Positions 26,569 through 35,550 of a stretch of 64,000 nucleotides of DNA are shown in pieces. How positions within the stretch are numbered: the stretch's first letter is position 1; the number at the start of each line of letters is the position of its first letter. The translations under genes and the position numbers were made by a program. The stretch is from an uncultured Acidobacteriota bacterium (GTDB lineage: Bacteria; Acidobacteriota; Thermoanaerobaculia; Multivoradales; UBA5704), in contig CAVYRF010000001.1 in NCBI GenBank assembly GCA_963770895.1, forward strand, positions 1,088,001 to 1,152,000, written 5' to 3'. The notes under the pieces are model-generated. The model searched no databases, was not told the DNA's origin, and worked only from the letters and a program-made list of their open reading frames with translations.

Positions 26569-29500
26569 CTACTGCCAGTCACCTTCCAGGATGAAGCCGG
26601 CCCAGTGAAAAGGGTCTTGCCACTGCCGCTGCTGGCGCATCTCGGTCTGCGCCAGGCGCAGGGCTTCGCTGGCCGGGACCTTGCCTTTGAGCAGGTGACC
26701 GTAGAATCGGCGCATCAGCTCCATGGTGCTGCGGTCGCCGACGTTCCAGAGGCTGACCAGGACTCTACGGGCGCCGGCGGCCAGGAACGCTTGCGGCAGG
26801 CCGAACATCCCCTCGCGGTCGATCTCGGGACCCAGCGCGGTGGCGCAGGCGCTCAGCACCACCAGGTCGGCGGGCAGTCGCAGGCCCGCCAGGTCGTGGA
26901 CGCGCAGGTAGCCGTCGCGCGGAGCGCCCCGGCGGTCGACGGCGGACAGCAGGATCGCCGACAGCTCGGGATCGGCGCCGAGGGTGGTGCCGTGGGTGGC
27001 AAAGTGGAGGATGCGGGTGCCCTCCAGGGCGCCCCCGGTCACCAGCTCGCGGGTGGCGTCGAAGCCGGTTCGTGCCAGCCGCTGACCGCTCGGCACCAGG
27101 GCCAGGATGGCGTCGGCCTCGGCCTGCGTGTCGGCGAGCCGCGGCAGCTCGCCGGCGACGGGCGGCGGCGGCAGGGCCGGTGTGCGCGGCTGCCGCAGGC
27201 GCGGGTCGCCGGGGCCGAAGACCGGGTCGGCGACAACCGCCAGCTGCCGCCGCGGCGCCGGTTGGCTGGCGGCGCGCCGGCGGAGCTCGTCGATCACCGG
27301 CAGCGACGGGACGTAGACCGTCTGGTGGTGCAGCGCGAGCGGCCCACCCTGGCCGTCCGGCTCGGGCAGCGCGGCGAAGGGCAGGTATTGCAAGGCGCCG
27401 TTGGCGGCGATGACCAGCCGCTTGTCGCCCAGGATGCCGCTGGCCTGACCCAGCAGGATGCGGCTGAGCGCCAGGGCCTCGCGCTCGCCGCGCTCGCCGC
27501 GCTCGCCGCGCTCGCCGCGCTCGCCGCGCTCACCCCCCCCGTCGCCCCCGCTGCCCCGGCCGCCGCCACCGCTCCCACCGCTCCCGGCGCTGTCGCCGTC
27601 GTCCACCGGCGGCACCGTGGTGGTGTGCGCAAAGACGTCGAGCAGCGAGCGCACGCGCGCCTCGATGTCGCCGCGGCCGGGCAGCTCGAAGCTCTGGATT
27701 CGGCCGTCGGCGGCGAGGACCCACAGGAAGCTGCGCGGCTCGGCCAGGTAGTACTCCAGCAGCAACGAATCGCGGTCCAAAACCGCGGTGTCCGGCACCG
27801 CCGCAAGCGCCGCCGTGTCCGGGTCCTGGTCGCTTCCGCCGCGCGCGGCGCCCGCCGCGCCACCGCTACCGCCGCCGCCGCGCCGCACCCGCACCTCGAT
27901 CTCGCCCGCGGCGTCGAGCCTGGCGCGCAGCTCGCGCTCGATGGCGTCACGTGCGGTCCAGGCCAGATCGGGGTTGCGGCGCGCCAGGTCGAGCTGGTCG
28001 ATCCTGCGATTGAGCGACGCCCACTGCTCGCCCAGGGCCTCGCCGCCCGCGGTGCTCGCCGCGTCCGCCAGCTCGCGCCGCGCCACCAGCTCGTCGAGCA
28101 GGCGCCGCCCGCGGGACTCCTCGCTCCGCGCCAGCGCTTGCCGCGCCAAGCCCGCCGCCGGCTGCGATCGATGCGACCTCATCAGGTTGTCGATGAGCAG
28201 ATCGAAGTAGCCTTCCTGCAAGGCGAGGTAGGAGGTGCGCAGATCCGGCCGCACGGCGGCGGTGCGCAGCGACTCGACGAGCCGCAGACCTTCCTCGCCG
28301 TGGGCGCGGGCCAGGTCCAGGCTGCCGCGGTCGGTCTCTGCCTGGGCCTTGGCCATGCCCAGCTGGGCGACGGCCTCCAGGCTGGCGTCGTGCTGCTTGC
28401 GAGCCTCGGCCAGCGCCCGGTCGAAATCGGCCAGGGCCCGCTCCGGCCGGTGCAGCCCCAGCTCGCTCTGAGCCAGGCCGACGCGGACCGCCGCGGCGTC
28501 GAGCGGAGCGTTCAGGCGGTCGAGGATGTCGACGGCCTGCTGGAACGTGGCCAACGCCTGCAGCTCGTCGTGCTGGCGCAGCAGGCAGGCCGCAATCGAG
28601 CTCAACGCCACCGCACGGTTGCGCGACGGCGCGGTGTCGCTCTCCGGTTGCAGTTCCAAGGCGCGGCGCAGGTAGGCGAGCGCCGCGCCCTGGCGGCCGG
28701 CGGCGGCCTCGACCCGGCCCAGCTGGGTCAGGGTCGCGACCCGATGCGGCCGGCCCGGGCTGCGGTTGAGCAGCGCCAGTGCGCGCCAATGGCAATCGCG
28801 CGCCCGTCCCCAATCGGCGAGCGTCGCGTACACCCAGCCCATGCCGTTGAGAGCATTGGCCTCGGAGCCAAAGTCGCCGATGGCCTGTGCCAGCTCGCAG
28901 GCCTGGCGGAAGGTGGCGAGCGCCTGCCAGCTGTCGCCGTGGAGGTGGAGGAGCCGGCCGAAGTTGATCAGGGTCGAGACCTCGCCCCCCTGGTTCTTGA
29001 GGGTGCGCCAGAGGGCGAGCGCGCGCACGAAGGCCTCGCTCGCCGGCACGAAGTCGCCCTCCCCGCCGGCGGCCTGGCCGATCTCGTTGTTCGCCACCGC
29101 CTGGTCGTACGGCTGCGCCAGCGCGATGGCGATCGTCAGGCAGCGCTGGAACAGAGGCACGGCGTCCCGGTTGGCGCCGTGAATCACGTAGAGCCGGCCG
29201 AGCCGGAACAGCGGCTCGACCTGCGGCTCCTGGTCGCCGAGCCCTTGCCACAGGCGCAGGGCCCTTTCGTACTTGGCCGCCGTCTGCCAGAAGGGGCCGT
29301 GCGTCTGCTCGAGGGCTGCCGCTTCCCTGGCGGCCTGCTGGGCGGCGGCGCGGTCGCGGTCCGCGGCGCTGGCGGACCGCAGCGCCAGGACCTCCTGGTC
29401 GTAGGCGCCGTGATCGCCGGCATGAGCGGCATGGACCTCCAACCGGTAGCGGCCATCGTCGGGCGCGACCAGGTGCACGTCTTCGGGGCCCTTGGCGCCG

Positions 29501-29826
29501 TTGGGGCTGTCGGCGACAAAGAGCAGCCGCCGGCCGGGAGCAAAGACGTCGATCGCCACGTCGACGCCGCGCTGGTCGGCGCGGAAGTGCAGATACTGGC
29601 CGGCGGTCAGCTCGATCTCATAGACGTCCACCTCGCCGGCGCCCAGCTCGCACCGGCGGGGCGGTTGCAGCGCAACCGGCAGCACCCGCGCGGCGGTCGG
29701 CGCCGTCCCCGTCTCCGTCGCCGGCGGAGGCGCGAGCCGCTGCAGCTCGGGCGATGGCGGCGAGGGCGGTGGCGGCAGCCGTGGTGTCCACGGGCTGCCC
29801 GGCGCGCGCATCGCGCCCAGGCCCAA
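26569..29826 (-). CDS. TPR-CHAT (caspase-like) protease with N-terminal PPC-like domain; true start may be 29890
   Basis: ILHFATHG and VVLSACAT catalytic dyad, SLWNVGD, PFHWAGF; TPR repeats; YLHFRADQRGVDV beta-domain. Confidence 0.92.
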   Translation of the reverse strand: MGLGAMRAPGSPWTPRLPPPPSPPSPELQRLAPPPATETGTAPTAARVLPVALQPPRRCELGAGEVDVYEIELTAGQYLHFRADQRGVDVAIDVFAPGRRLLFVADSPNGAKGPEDVHLVAPDDGRYRLEVHAAHAGDHGAYDQEVLALRSASAADRDRAAAQQAAREAAALEQTHGPFWQTAAKYERALRLWQGLGDQEPQVEPLFRLGRLYVIHGANRDAVPLFQRCLTIAIALAQPYDQAVANNEIGQAAGGEGDFVPASEAFVRALALWRTLKNQGGEVSTLINFGRLLHLHGDSWQALATFRQACELAQAIGDFGSEANALNGMGWVYATLADWGRARDCHWRALALLNRSPGRPHRVATLTQLGRVEAAAGRQGAALAYLRRALELQPESDTAPSRNRAVALSSIAACLLRQHDELQALATFQQAVDILDRLNAPLDAAAVRVGLAQSELGLHRPERALADFDRALAEARKQHDASLEAVAQLGMAKAQAETDRGSLDLARAHGEEGLRLVESLRTAAVRPDLRTSYLALQEGYFDLLIDNLMRSHRSQPAAGLARQALARSEESRGRRLLDELVARRELADAASTAGGEALGEQWASLNRRIDQLDLARRNPDLAWTARDAIERELRARLDAAGEIEVRVRRGGGGSGGAAGAARGGSDQDPDTAALAAVPDTAVLDRDSLLLEYYLAEPRSFLWVLAADGRIQSFELPGRGDIEARVRSLLDVFAHTTTVPPVDDGDSAGSGGSGGGGRGSGGDGGGERGERGERGERGERGEREALALSRILLGQASGILGDKRLVIAANGALQYLPFAALPEPDGQGGPLALHHQTVYVPSLPVIDELRRRAASQPAPRRQLAVVADPVFGPGDPRLRQPRTPALPPPPVAGELPRLADTQAEADAILALVPSGQRLARTGFDATRELVTGGALEGTRILHFATHGTTLGADPELSAILLSAVDRRGAPRDGYLRVHDLAGLRLPADLVVLSACATALGPEIDREGMFGLPQAFLAAGARRVLVSLWNVGDRSTMELMRRFYGHLLKGKVPASEALRLAQTEMRQQRQWQDPFHWAGFILEGDWQ

Positions 29827-30112
29827 GAGGGTCCCCAGCCCCAGCCAAAGCCATCGCCGGCGAACGAAACGGGCCAGACGCCCTCCCCATTTCAGGTGAC
29901 TGCAAAATTATGTCGAATCAGGTCGCGGATGACAACACCTGCGACTATCCAAAAGACGCGCGAATCCGGGCGCCGGCGGACCATCGGGGGGGCTCGGCCG
30001 GGCGCCCGCCGGCGCCGCCCGCCCGCCCGGCGCGTGGCGCGGATATGATGCGACGCTGCGGCCAGGGAGATGCCGACCTGGCATCACGTTCGCGACCAAA
30101 GGAGCGCCCGTC

Positions 30113-31780
30113 ATGGATGCGAAGCTGCGCTGGCTCAGTGGGATCGCCGCAATCCTGGTACTTGGCGCCGCAAGCCATGCCGCCCCCGCGGCGCCGGCTG
30201 CCGCCGGGACCCCCGACCTGGCTGCCGGCGAGCGCTGGTGGGCGCACGTCCGCTACCTGGCCGACGACAAGCTGGAAGGGCGGCTGACCGGCAGCGCCGG
30301 CTATCGCCAGGCGGCTGCCTACGTGGCGCAGCACTTCAAGGAATACGGCCTGCAGCCGGCGGGGGTGGACGGCTACTACCAGCCCGTGCACTTCCTGGCG
30401 CAGCGCATCCAGGCCGCGGCATCAGACCTGGCGCTGGTGGGCGCCGGCGGCAAGGTGGAGCGCCTGGCGCTCGGCGAGGACGCGCTGCTCGGCGCCCGCC
30501 AGCCGCAGCCGCCGGCGATCGAAGCGCCGCTGGTCTTCGTCGGCTACGCCCTGCACCTGCCGGACGCCGGCTTCGACGACCTGGCGGCGGTGGACTGCAA
30601 GGGCAAGATCGTGGTCTATCTCAACGGCGGACCGGCGGACATCTCGGGCGCTCTCAAATCGCACGCGCGCGCGGCGCAGGAGTTCGCCAAGGCGCTGCAG
30701 GGGGCCGGCGCGGTCGGCGCGATCGCGCTCGCCAACCCGCAATCGATGGACATCCCCTGGGCGCGCCAGGCGCTCGCCGCCTCGCAGCCGGGCATGCGCA
30801 TCGCCGAAGCCGCCATGCAGGACGTCGCGGGGCACTTCTTCGTCGCCACCTTCAACCCGGCGCGGGCGGAGAAGCTCTTTGCCGGCTCGGGCCACACCTT
30901 CTCCGAGCTGCTGGCGCTGGCCGACGCGGGCAAGCCGCTGCCGCGTTTCCCGCTCGCGGTCAGCCTGCGCGCCAAGGTGGCCGCCACGACCGAACCCGTC
31001 GAAGCGCCCAACGTCGCCGGCTTGCTGCGCGGCAGCGACCCGGCGCTGGCGTCGCAGGTCGTGGTGTTTTCGGCGCATCTCGATCACCTGGGCGTCGGCG
31101 AGCCGATCGACGGCGACCGCATCTACAACGGCGCCATGGACAACGCCGCGGGCGTCGCCTCGCTCCTGGAGGTGGCGCGCAGCATGGCGGCGCCGGGGGC
31201 GGCCCGGCCGCGGCGGTCGGTGCTGTTCCTGGCCGTCTGCGGCGAGGAAAAGGGGCTGCTCGGCTCGCGCTACTTCGCCGGCCATCCGACGGTGCCGCGC
31301 GGCGACCTGGCGGCCGATCTGAACGTCGACATGTTCCTGCCGCTTTTTCCGCTGCACTACCTCACGGTACAGGGGCTCGACGAATCGTCGCTGGGCGACG
31401 ACGCGCGGGCGGTGGGGGCGGCGATGGGCGTCGAGATCGTGGCCGATCGCCATCCGGACCGCAACGCCTTCATCCGCAGCGACCAGTACAGCTTCATCCG
31501 CAACGGCGTGCCGGCGGTGGCGCTGGGGTTCGGCGCCGCTCCCGGCTCGCCCGAAGAGAAGACCTTGCGGGAATGGATCACCCACCGCTACCACGCCCCC
31601 TCCGACGACGTGAACCAGCCGGTCGACCTGGCGGCGGCAGGTCGGTTCGACGCCTTCGTGCTGGCCCTGGCGCGGCGGGTGGCCGACGCCGACGCGCGGC
31701 CGGCATGGAAGGAAAAGAGCTTCTTCCGCCGCTTCGCCACGCCGGCGGCAGCGCCCGCCGCCGCCGCCCCGGCAGGCTGA
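30113..31780 (+). CDS. M28-family aminopeptidase with PA domain, secreted
   Basis: LADDKLEGR, SAHLDHLG, NGAMDNAAG, GEEKGLLGS, RSDQYSF, YHAPSDD. Confidence 0.93.
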   Translation: MDAKLRWLSGIAAILVLGAASHAAPAAPAAAGTPDLAAGERWWAHVRYLADDKLEGRLTGSAGYRQAAAYVAQHFKEYGLQPAGVDGYYQPVHFLAQRIQAAASDLALVGAGGKVERLALGEDALLGARQPQPPAIEAPLVFVGYALHLPDAGFDDLAAVDCKGKIVVYLNGGPADISGALKSHARAAQEFAKALQGAGAVGAIALANPQSMDIPWARQALAASQPGMRIAEAAMQDVAGHFFVATFNPARAEKLFAGSGHTFSELLALADAGKPLPRFPLAVSLRAKVAATTEPVEAPNVAGLLRGSDPALASQVVVFSAHLDHLGVGEPIDGDRIYNGAMDNAAGVASLLEVARSMAAPGAARPRRSVLFLAVCGEEKGLLGSRYFAGHPTVPRGDLAADLNVDMFLPLFPLHYLTVQGLDESSLGDDARAVGAAMGVEIVADRHPDRNAFIRSDQYSFIRNGVPAVALGFGAAPGSPEEKTLREWITHRYHAPSDDVNQPVDLAAAGRFDAFVLALARRVADADARPAWKEKSFFRRFATPAAAPAAAAPAG

Positions 31781-31830
31781 GAACTTCCCGCCGCCGCTCG
31801 CGTACTGGTGCTCTACCCAAGGAGCATGGC

Positions 31831-32799
31831 ATGCACAGCGTAAGGCGGTTGGCAGATTGGGCAGGGCCGGGGGTCCTGTCGTTGCTGGCGGCGGTGGCGG
31901 CGGTTGCGCCGTGCCGCGCCGCGGACGGTCCGGCGATCTTCGCGCCGGGGGTGATCTCGGGGCCCGCCAACGACGCGGACCCGTGCTTCACGCCCGACGG
32001 GCGCACCGTCGTCTTCGCCCGCAACAATACGATCCTGGTGTCGCAGCGCACCGGCGACGGTTGGTCGAAGCCCGAGATCGCGCCGTTTTCGGGCCAGTGG
32101 CCCGACCAGCAGCCGGCCATCGCTCCCGACGGCTCGTTCCTGGTGTTCGTGTCGGGGCGCCCGATCTCCGCCACCGAGACGGCGCGCCCGGCGGGCAACC
32201 TGTGGCGGGTGGACCGCCACGGCGCCGCCTGGGGAGAACCGGTGCACCTGCCGGCGACCGTCAACCGCGACAGCAGCACCTGGGCGCCCAGCGTCGCCGG
32301 CGACGGCAGCGTCTACTTCATCGAGCGTCAAGATCCCAAGGCGCCGTTCCGGCTGTGGCGGGCGCAGGCGCGCAACGGCTCGTATGAGCCGGCGGTGGCG
32401 GTGTCGTTCGGCGACCCGGCTACCCAGGACGTCGATCCCGCCGTGGCGCCCGACGAATCGTTCATCGTCTTCGGCTCGATGCGGCCCGGCGTCGACCCGC
32501 ACGAGCGGCTGTTCATCGCCTTTCGCGAGTCCGCCGGGTGGGGCAAGCCCATCGACCTGGGCGACGCGGTCAACGGCCCCGACGACACCAACGAGGCGCG
32601 CCTGGGACCCGACGGCAGGACCCTCTATTTCAGCTCGGATCGCACGCTGCCCCTGCACTTCCCGCGCAGCCGCGCCCAGGCGCTGGCCGACGAGGAGCGC
32701 ATCGCCGGCTGGGACAACAGCAACCTCAACATCTGGAGCGTGTCGCTGGCCTCCTGGCTGGACGCTCACGCGCACGCCGCCCCTCACCCGCCCGCTTGA
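31831..32799 (+). CDS. Secreted TolB-like (PD40 repeat) beta-propeller protein
   Basis: Repeats PCFTPDG, PAIAPDGSFLVFVS, PAVAPDESFIVFGS, PDGRTLYFSS; SD AAGGAG. Confidence 0.85.
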   Translation: MHSVRRLADWAGPGVLSLLAAVAAVAPCRAADGPAIFAPGVISGPANDADPCFTPDGRTVVFARNNTILVSQRTGDGWSKPEIAPFSGQWPDQQPAIAPDGSFLVFVSGRPISATETARPAGNLWRVDRHGAAWGEPVHLPATVNRDSSTWAPSVAGDGSVYFIERQDPKAPFRLWRAQARNGSYEPAVAVSFGDPATQDVDPAVAPDESFIVFGSMRPGVDPHERLFIAFRESAGWGKPIDLGDAVNGPDDTNEARLGPDGRTLYFSSDRTLPLHFPRSRAQALADEERIAGWDNSNLNIWSVSLASWLDAHAHAAPHPPA

Positions 32800-33593
32800 C
32801 CGCGCCCGCTCTGACCGGTGACCCCGACCCGCCGGCGGCACCGGCCCTGGTCGTCAGCCACGAGCGCTCGGGGACGCATTTCCTGATGAACACCCTGGCG
32901 CTCAACTTCGGCTATCAGCCGTACGTCGACCTCGACGAGCGCCCGGGTTTCGATCCGCACTCGACGCCGCAGCTGCTGAACTTCCTGCTGGGGACGGCGT
33001 GGCCGCCGCGGACGGTGCTCAAGTCGCACCACCAGGCGGAAGTCTTGCTGCCCGTGCTGCCCTGGCTGGCCGACCTCTACCGGGTGTTCTACGTGGTGCG
33101 CGATCCGCGCGACGCGCTGCTCAGCCTGTGGCGCTTCGTCGCCAGCTCGCCCGCCGGCGAAGGGCCGTGCACCGCCACGGTCGGTGACTTCCTGCGCGCC
33201 GCCCCCGCCGGGCGCCTGCTGCGCTACCAGCGGCGGGCCGCGGCGACGATGGTCGAGCGCTGGCGGCTGCACGTCGAAGGGTGGAGCGACGCCGCCGACC
33301 GCCTGGGCGGCCGGCTGCACGTGGTGCGCTACGACGACCTGGACCAGACCTTCGCGCCCACCGTGGCGCGCCTGGCGGCGGCCCTGCGGCCGGCGGCCGC
33401 GCCGTCCCTGGCGCCAACGCCGCCAGGACCGCCGGAGCCGCCGCTGCGCCCTTCGAAAGTGCTCGACGTGATCCATCCCGGCGCCGGCGGCAGCGGCGCG
33501 CACCGCGCGCTCTTCACCGCGGCCGACCAGGCGCTGGTCCGCGAGCAGGCCGGCCAGGCGATGCGGCGATGGGGGTGGGAACCCGATTCGTGA
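32796..33593 (+). CDS. PAPS-dependent sulfotransferase
   Basis: VSHERSGTHFL (5'-PSB), LKSHH, VVRDPRDALLS (3'-PB), VRYDDL; TTGA overlap. Confidence 0.88.
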   Translation: MTAPALTGDPDPPAAPALVVSHERSGTHFLMNTLALNFGYQPYVDLDERPGFDPHSTPQLLNFLLGTAWPPRTVLKSHHQAEVLLPVLPWLADLYRVFYVVRDPRDALLSLWRFVASSPAGEGPCTATVGDFLRAAPAGRLLRYQRRAAATMVERWRLHVEGWSDAADRLGGRLHVVRYDDLDQTFAPTVARLAAALRPAAAPSLAPTPPGPPEPPLRPSKVLDVIHPGAGGSGAHRALFTAADQALVREQAGQAMRRWGWEPDS

Positions 33594-33602
33594 GTTAGCC
33601 GC

Positions 33603-34379
33603 TTAGCCGCGGCGGTGGACGATTTCGAGGTGCGGCATGCCCCAGCACTGATGGCCCATGTCCCGCGCCATCAGGCCCAGGCCCTCGGTTTCCAGCTCGC
33701 CGCCGGCCTGGCCGGTGAAGGGGCTCGGCCAGCGGCCGAAGGGGTTGCGCCGCCCGTACGGAAAGGCGGGGAAGACCAGCCCGTCGCGGTGCAGATCGGC
33801 GCGCACCAGGAGCATCGTGCCGCCCACCGCGTCCAGCCGCACCAGCTCGCCCTCGGCGCGCAGGTCTTCCAGGTGGAGGCGGCCGGCGTCGCGCCAGGCG
33901 TTCAGATCGAACGTCGGCCCGCCCGCCCAGCGCACGCAGTGCGGCTGCACGATGTCGCGTTCGACGGCGAGCAGGCGTTGCAGTACGTCGGCAGGGAACT
34001 GCTCGACGTCCACGTCCAGCCACAGCACCCACTCTTCGTCGTCCAGGGCGCGCGACAGCAGGTGGTTGCGGCTTTTGGCGAGCACCGTCCGGCGGGGGAT
34101 CTGCAGGCCGTGCTCCCAGCGCGGGATGCCCGGCGGCAGGTGGAAGTGGAAGTCGCGCTTCCATGTCTGGGCGCGGCGCCGGCCGGCGCGCAGCCGCGGC
34201 AGGAGCGCCGCGAGCGCCTCCCAGGTGCCGTCCCTGCTGTCGCTTTCCAACAGGCCCACCGACAGCCGGTCGCGCGGATAGGTGAGGGCGTCGAGCAGCT
34301 CGCAGTAGCGCTCGAGCGAGCCGGCCGCGTCCTTGACCGGCGTCAGGATGAGAACGGCGGGGGCGGCGTCGGGCTGCAT
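33603..34379 (-). CDS. Anp1/Mnn9-like (GT62-type) GT-A glycosyltransferase
   Basis: VLILTPVKD, LTYP, RRTVLAKSRNHLL, WVLWLDVDV (DxD), FDLNAW, LDAVGG..LVRA, ETEGLG. Confidence 0.85.
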   Translation of the reverse strand: MQPDAAPAVLILTPVKDAAGSLERYCELLDALTYPRDRLSVGLLESDSRDGTWEALAALLPRLRAGRRRAQTWKRDFHFHLPPGIPRWEHGLQIPRRTVLAKSRNHLLSRALDDEEWVLWLDVDVEQFPADVLQRLLAVERDIVQPHCVRWAGGPTFDLNAWRDAGRLHLEDLRAEGELVRLDAVGGTMLLVRADLHRDGLVFPAFPYGRRNPFGRWPSPFTGQAGGELETEGLGLMARDMGHQCWGMPHLEIVHRRG

Positions 34380-34512
34380 GCAGGGGCCTCGGCAGGTGGC
34401 AGGTTTGGCAGGCGACGCCGCGCCAGGGCGTCGGCGAGGCGGCTCCAGGGGGACTGCTCCGCGGCTGCCGGCGGATTGACGGCATTCACCTGGCGCACGA
34501 TACTACGCGCCC

Positions 34513-34950
34513 ATGGAAGGCAAGGTGGAAGGCACCGGCACCGACCCAGACCCAGGCGCGGCGGCGGAAACGCCGGCAGCGGCGGCGATCGATTGGGAGA
34601 TGCGGCCCCGGCGTGCCGCGGGCATCGAGCTGAGCGAGGTGACCGACGGCTTCCTGGTCTACCAGCCGCAGCGCGACCGCGTGCACTACCTCAATCCGAC
34701 GGCGGCGCTGGTCCTCGAAGCGTGCGACGGCTCCATCCGGGCGGGCGATCTGCCGGTCTTCCTGGCCGGCGCCTTCCAACTGGCCGTGCCGCCGTACGAC
34801 GAGGTGGCGGGCTGCCTGGCGAAGCTCCTGGCGGAAGGGTTGCTGGTGGCGGCGGCGGACGGCGGCGATGGCGGCCTGGACGATCGGGAGGGTCGGGAGG
34901 GTCGGGACGGTCGGAGCGGTGGCGAGGGTGGCGGCGCGCCGCCGCTGTGA
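34513..34950 (+). CDS. PqqD-family RiPP recognition element (stand-alone RRE)
   Basis: EVTDGFLVYQPQRDRVHYLNPTAALVLEACDG...VAGCLAKLLAEGLL. Confidence 0.9.
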   Translation: MEGKVEGTGTDPDPGAAAETPAAAAIDWEMRPRRAAGIELSEVTDGFLVYQPQRDRVHYLNPTAALVLEACDGSIRAGDLPVFLAGAFQLAVPPYDEVAGCLAKLLAEGLLVAAADGGDGGLDDREGREGRDGRSGGEGGGAPPL

Positions 34951-35054
34951 TAACCTAATGGTGACCGTAGTTTAGGTTGCGTAGCTGCTTCAGGGACACG
35001 TATACGGACTGATTCTCGATCGATTCTCGATCGACCTTCAACGGGGGTGAACGC

Positions 35055-35534
35055 GTGGCACCGGAAGAGTCACAGCGACTGTTGGATCGTCTGGGTTCCG
35101 ATCGTCGGCAGTTCCTGCAGAAAATCCTGCTGACCGCCTATGCCGCGCCGTTCGTGGCGTCCTTCGGCATGAAGGGCCTGGGGCTGGGCGAAGCGATGGC
35201 GCAGTCCAACCTCTGCTCCAACGTGACGGTGCCCAATACCTCGGCCGACCTGGTCATCACCAAGAGCGCCTCACCCAGTCCGGCGGTGCCGGGCGCCAAC
35301 CTTACCTACAGCATCTTCGTCGTCAATTGCGGGCCGGCCGTCGCCACCAACGTCAGCGTCTCCGACCCCATCCCGACCGGTACCACGTTCGTGTCGGCCA
35401 GCCAGACCAGCGGCCCGACCTTCACCCTGGGCACGCCGCCGGTGGGGGGCACCGGCACGTTCATGGCGACCATCCCCACCCTGAGCGCGAACGCCACGGC
35501 CAGCTTCCAGCTGGTCGTCTTCGTGACCCCCTGA
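35055..35534 (+). CDS. Leader-bearing precursor: twin-Arg/YxxP leader, short Ser/Asn/Cys segment, C-terminally truncated DUF11 Ig-like domain
   Basis: DRRQFLQK...AYAAPFVASF; AMA-QSNLCSNVT; ADLVITKS...PGANLTYSIFVVNCGP..ATNVSVSDPIPTGTTFVS...ASFQLVVFVTP*. Confidence 0.85.
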   Translation: MAPEESQRLLDRLGSDRRQFLQKILLTAYAAPFVASFGMKGLGLGEAMAQSNLCSNVTVPNTSADLVITKSASPSPAVPGANLTYSIFVVNCGPAVATNVSVSDPIPTGTTFVSASQTSGPTFTLGTPPVGGTGTFMATIPTLSANATASFQLVVFVTP

Positions 35535-35550
35535 CGGAAAGAAGATCGCC

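Noticed and set aside
26464-30048. 1194-aa plus-strand ORF, and other long antisense or alternate-frame ORFs (41633-44926, 51557-56707, 56894-60103, 60350-63349)
   Set aside because: Shadow ORFs of high-GC genes; Arg/Ala/Gly-rich with no motifs, overlapping well-supported CDSs
34513-35534. PQQ or lasso-peptide biosynthesis
   Set aside because: No pqqB/C/E, lasso cyclase or B2 protease; precursor carries a folded Ig-like domain
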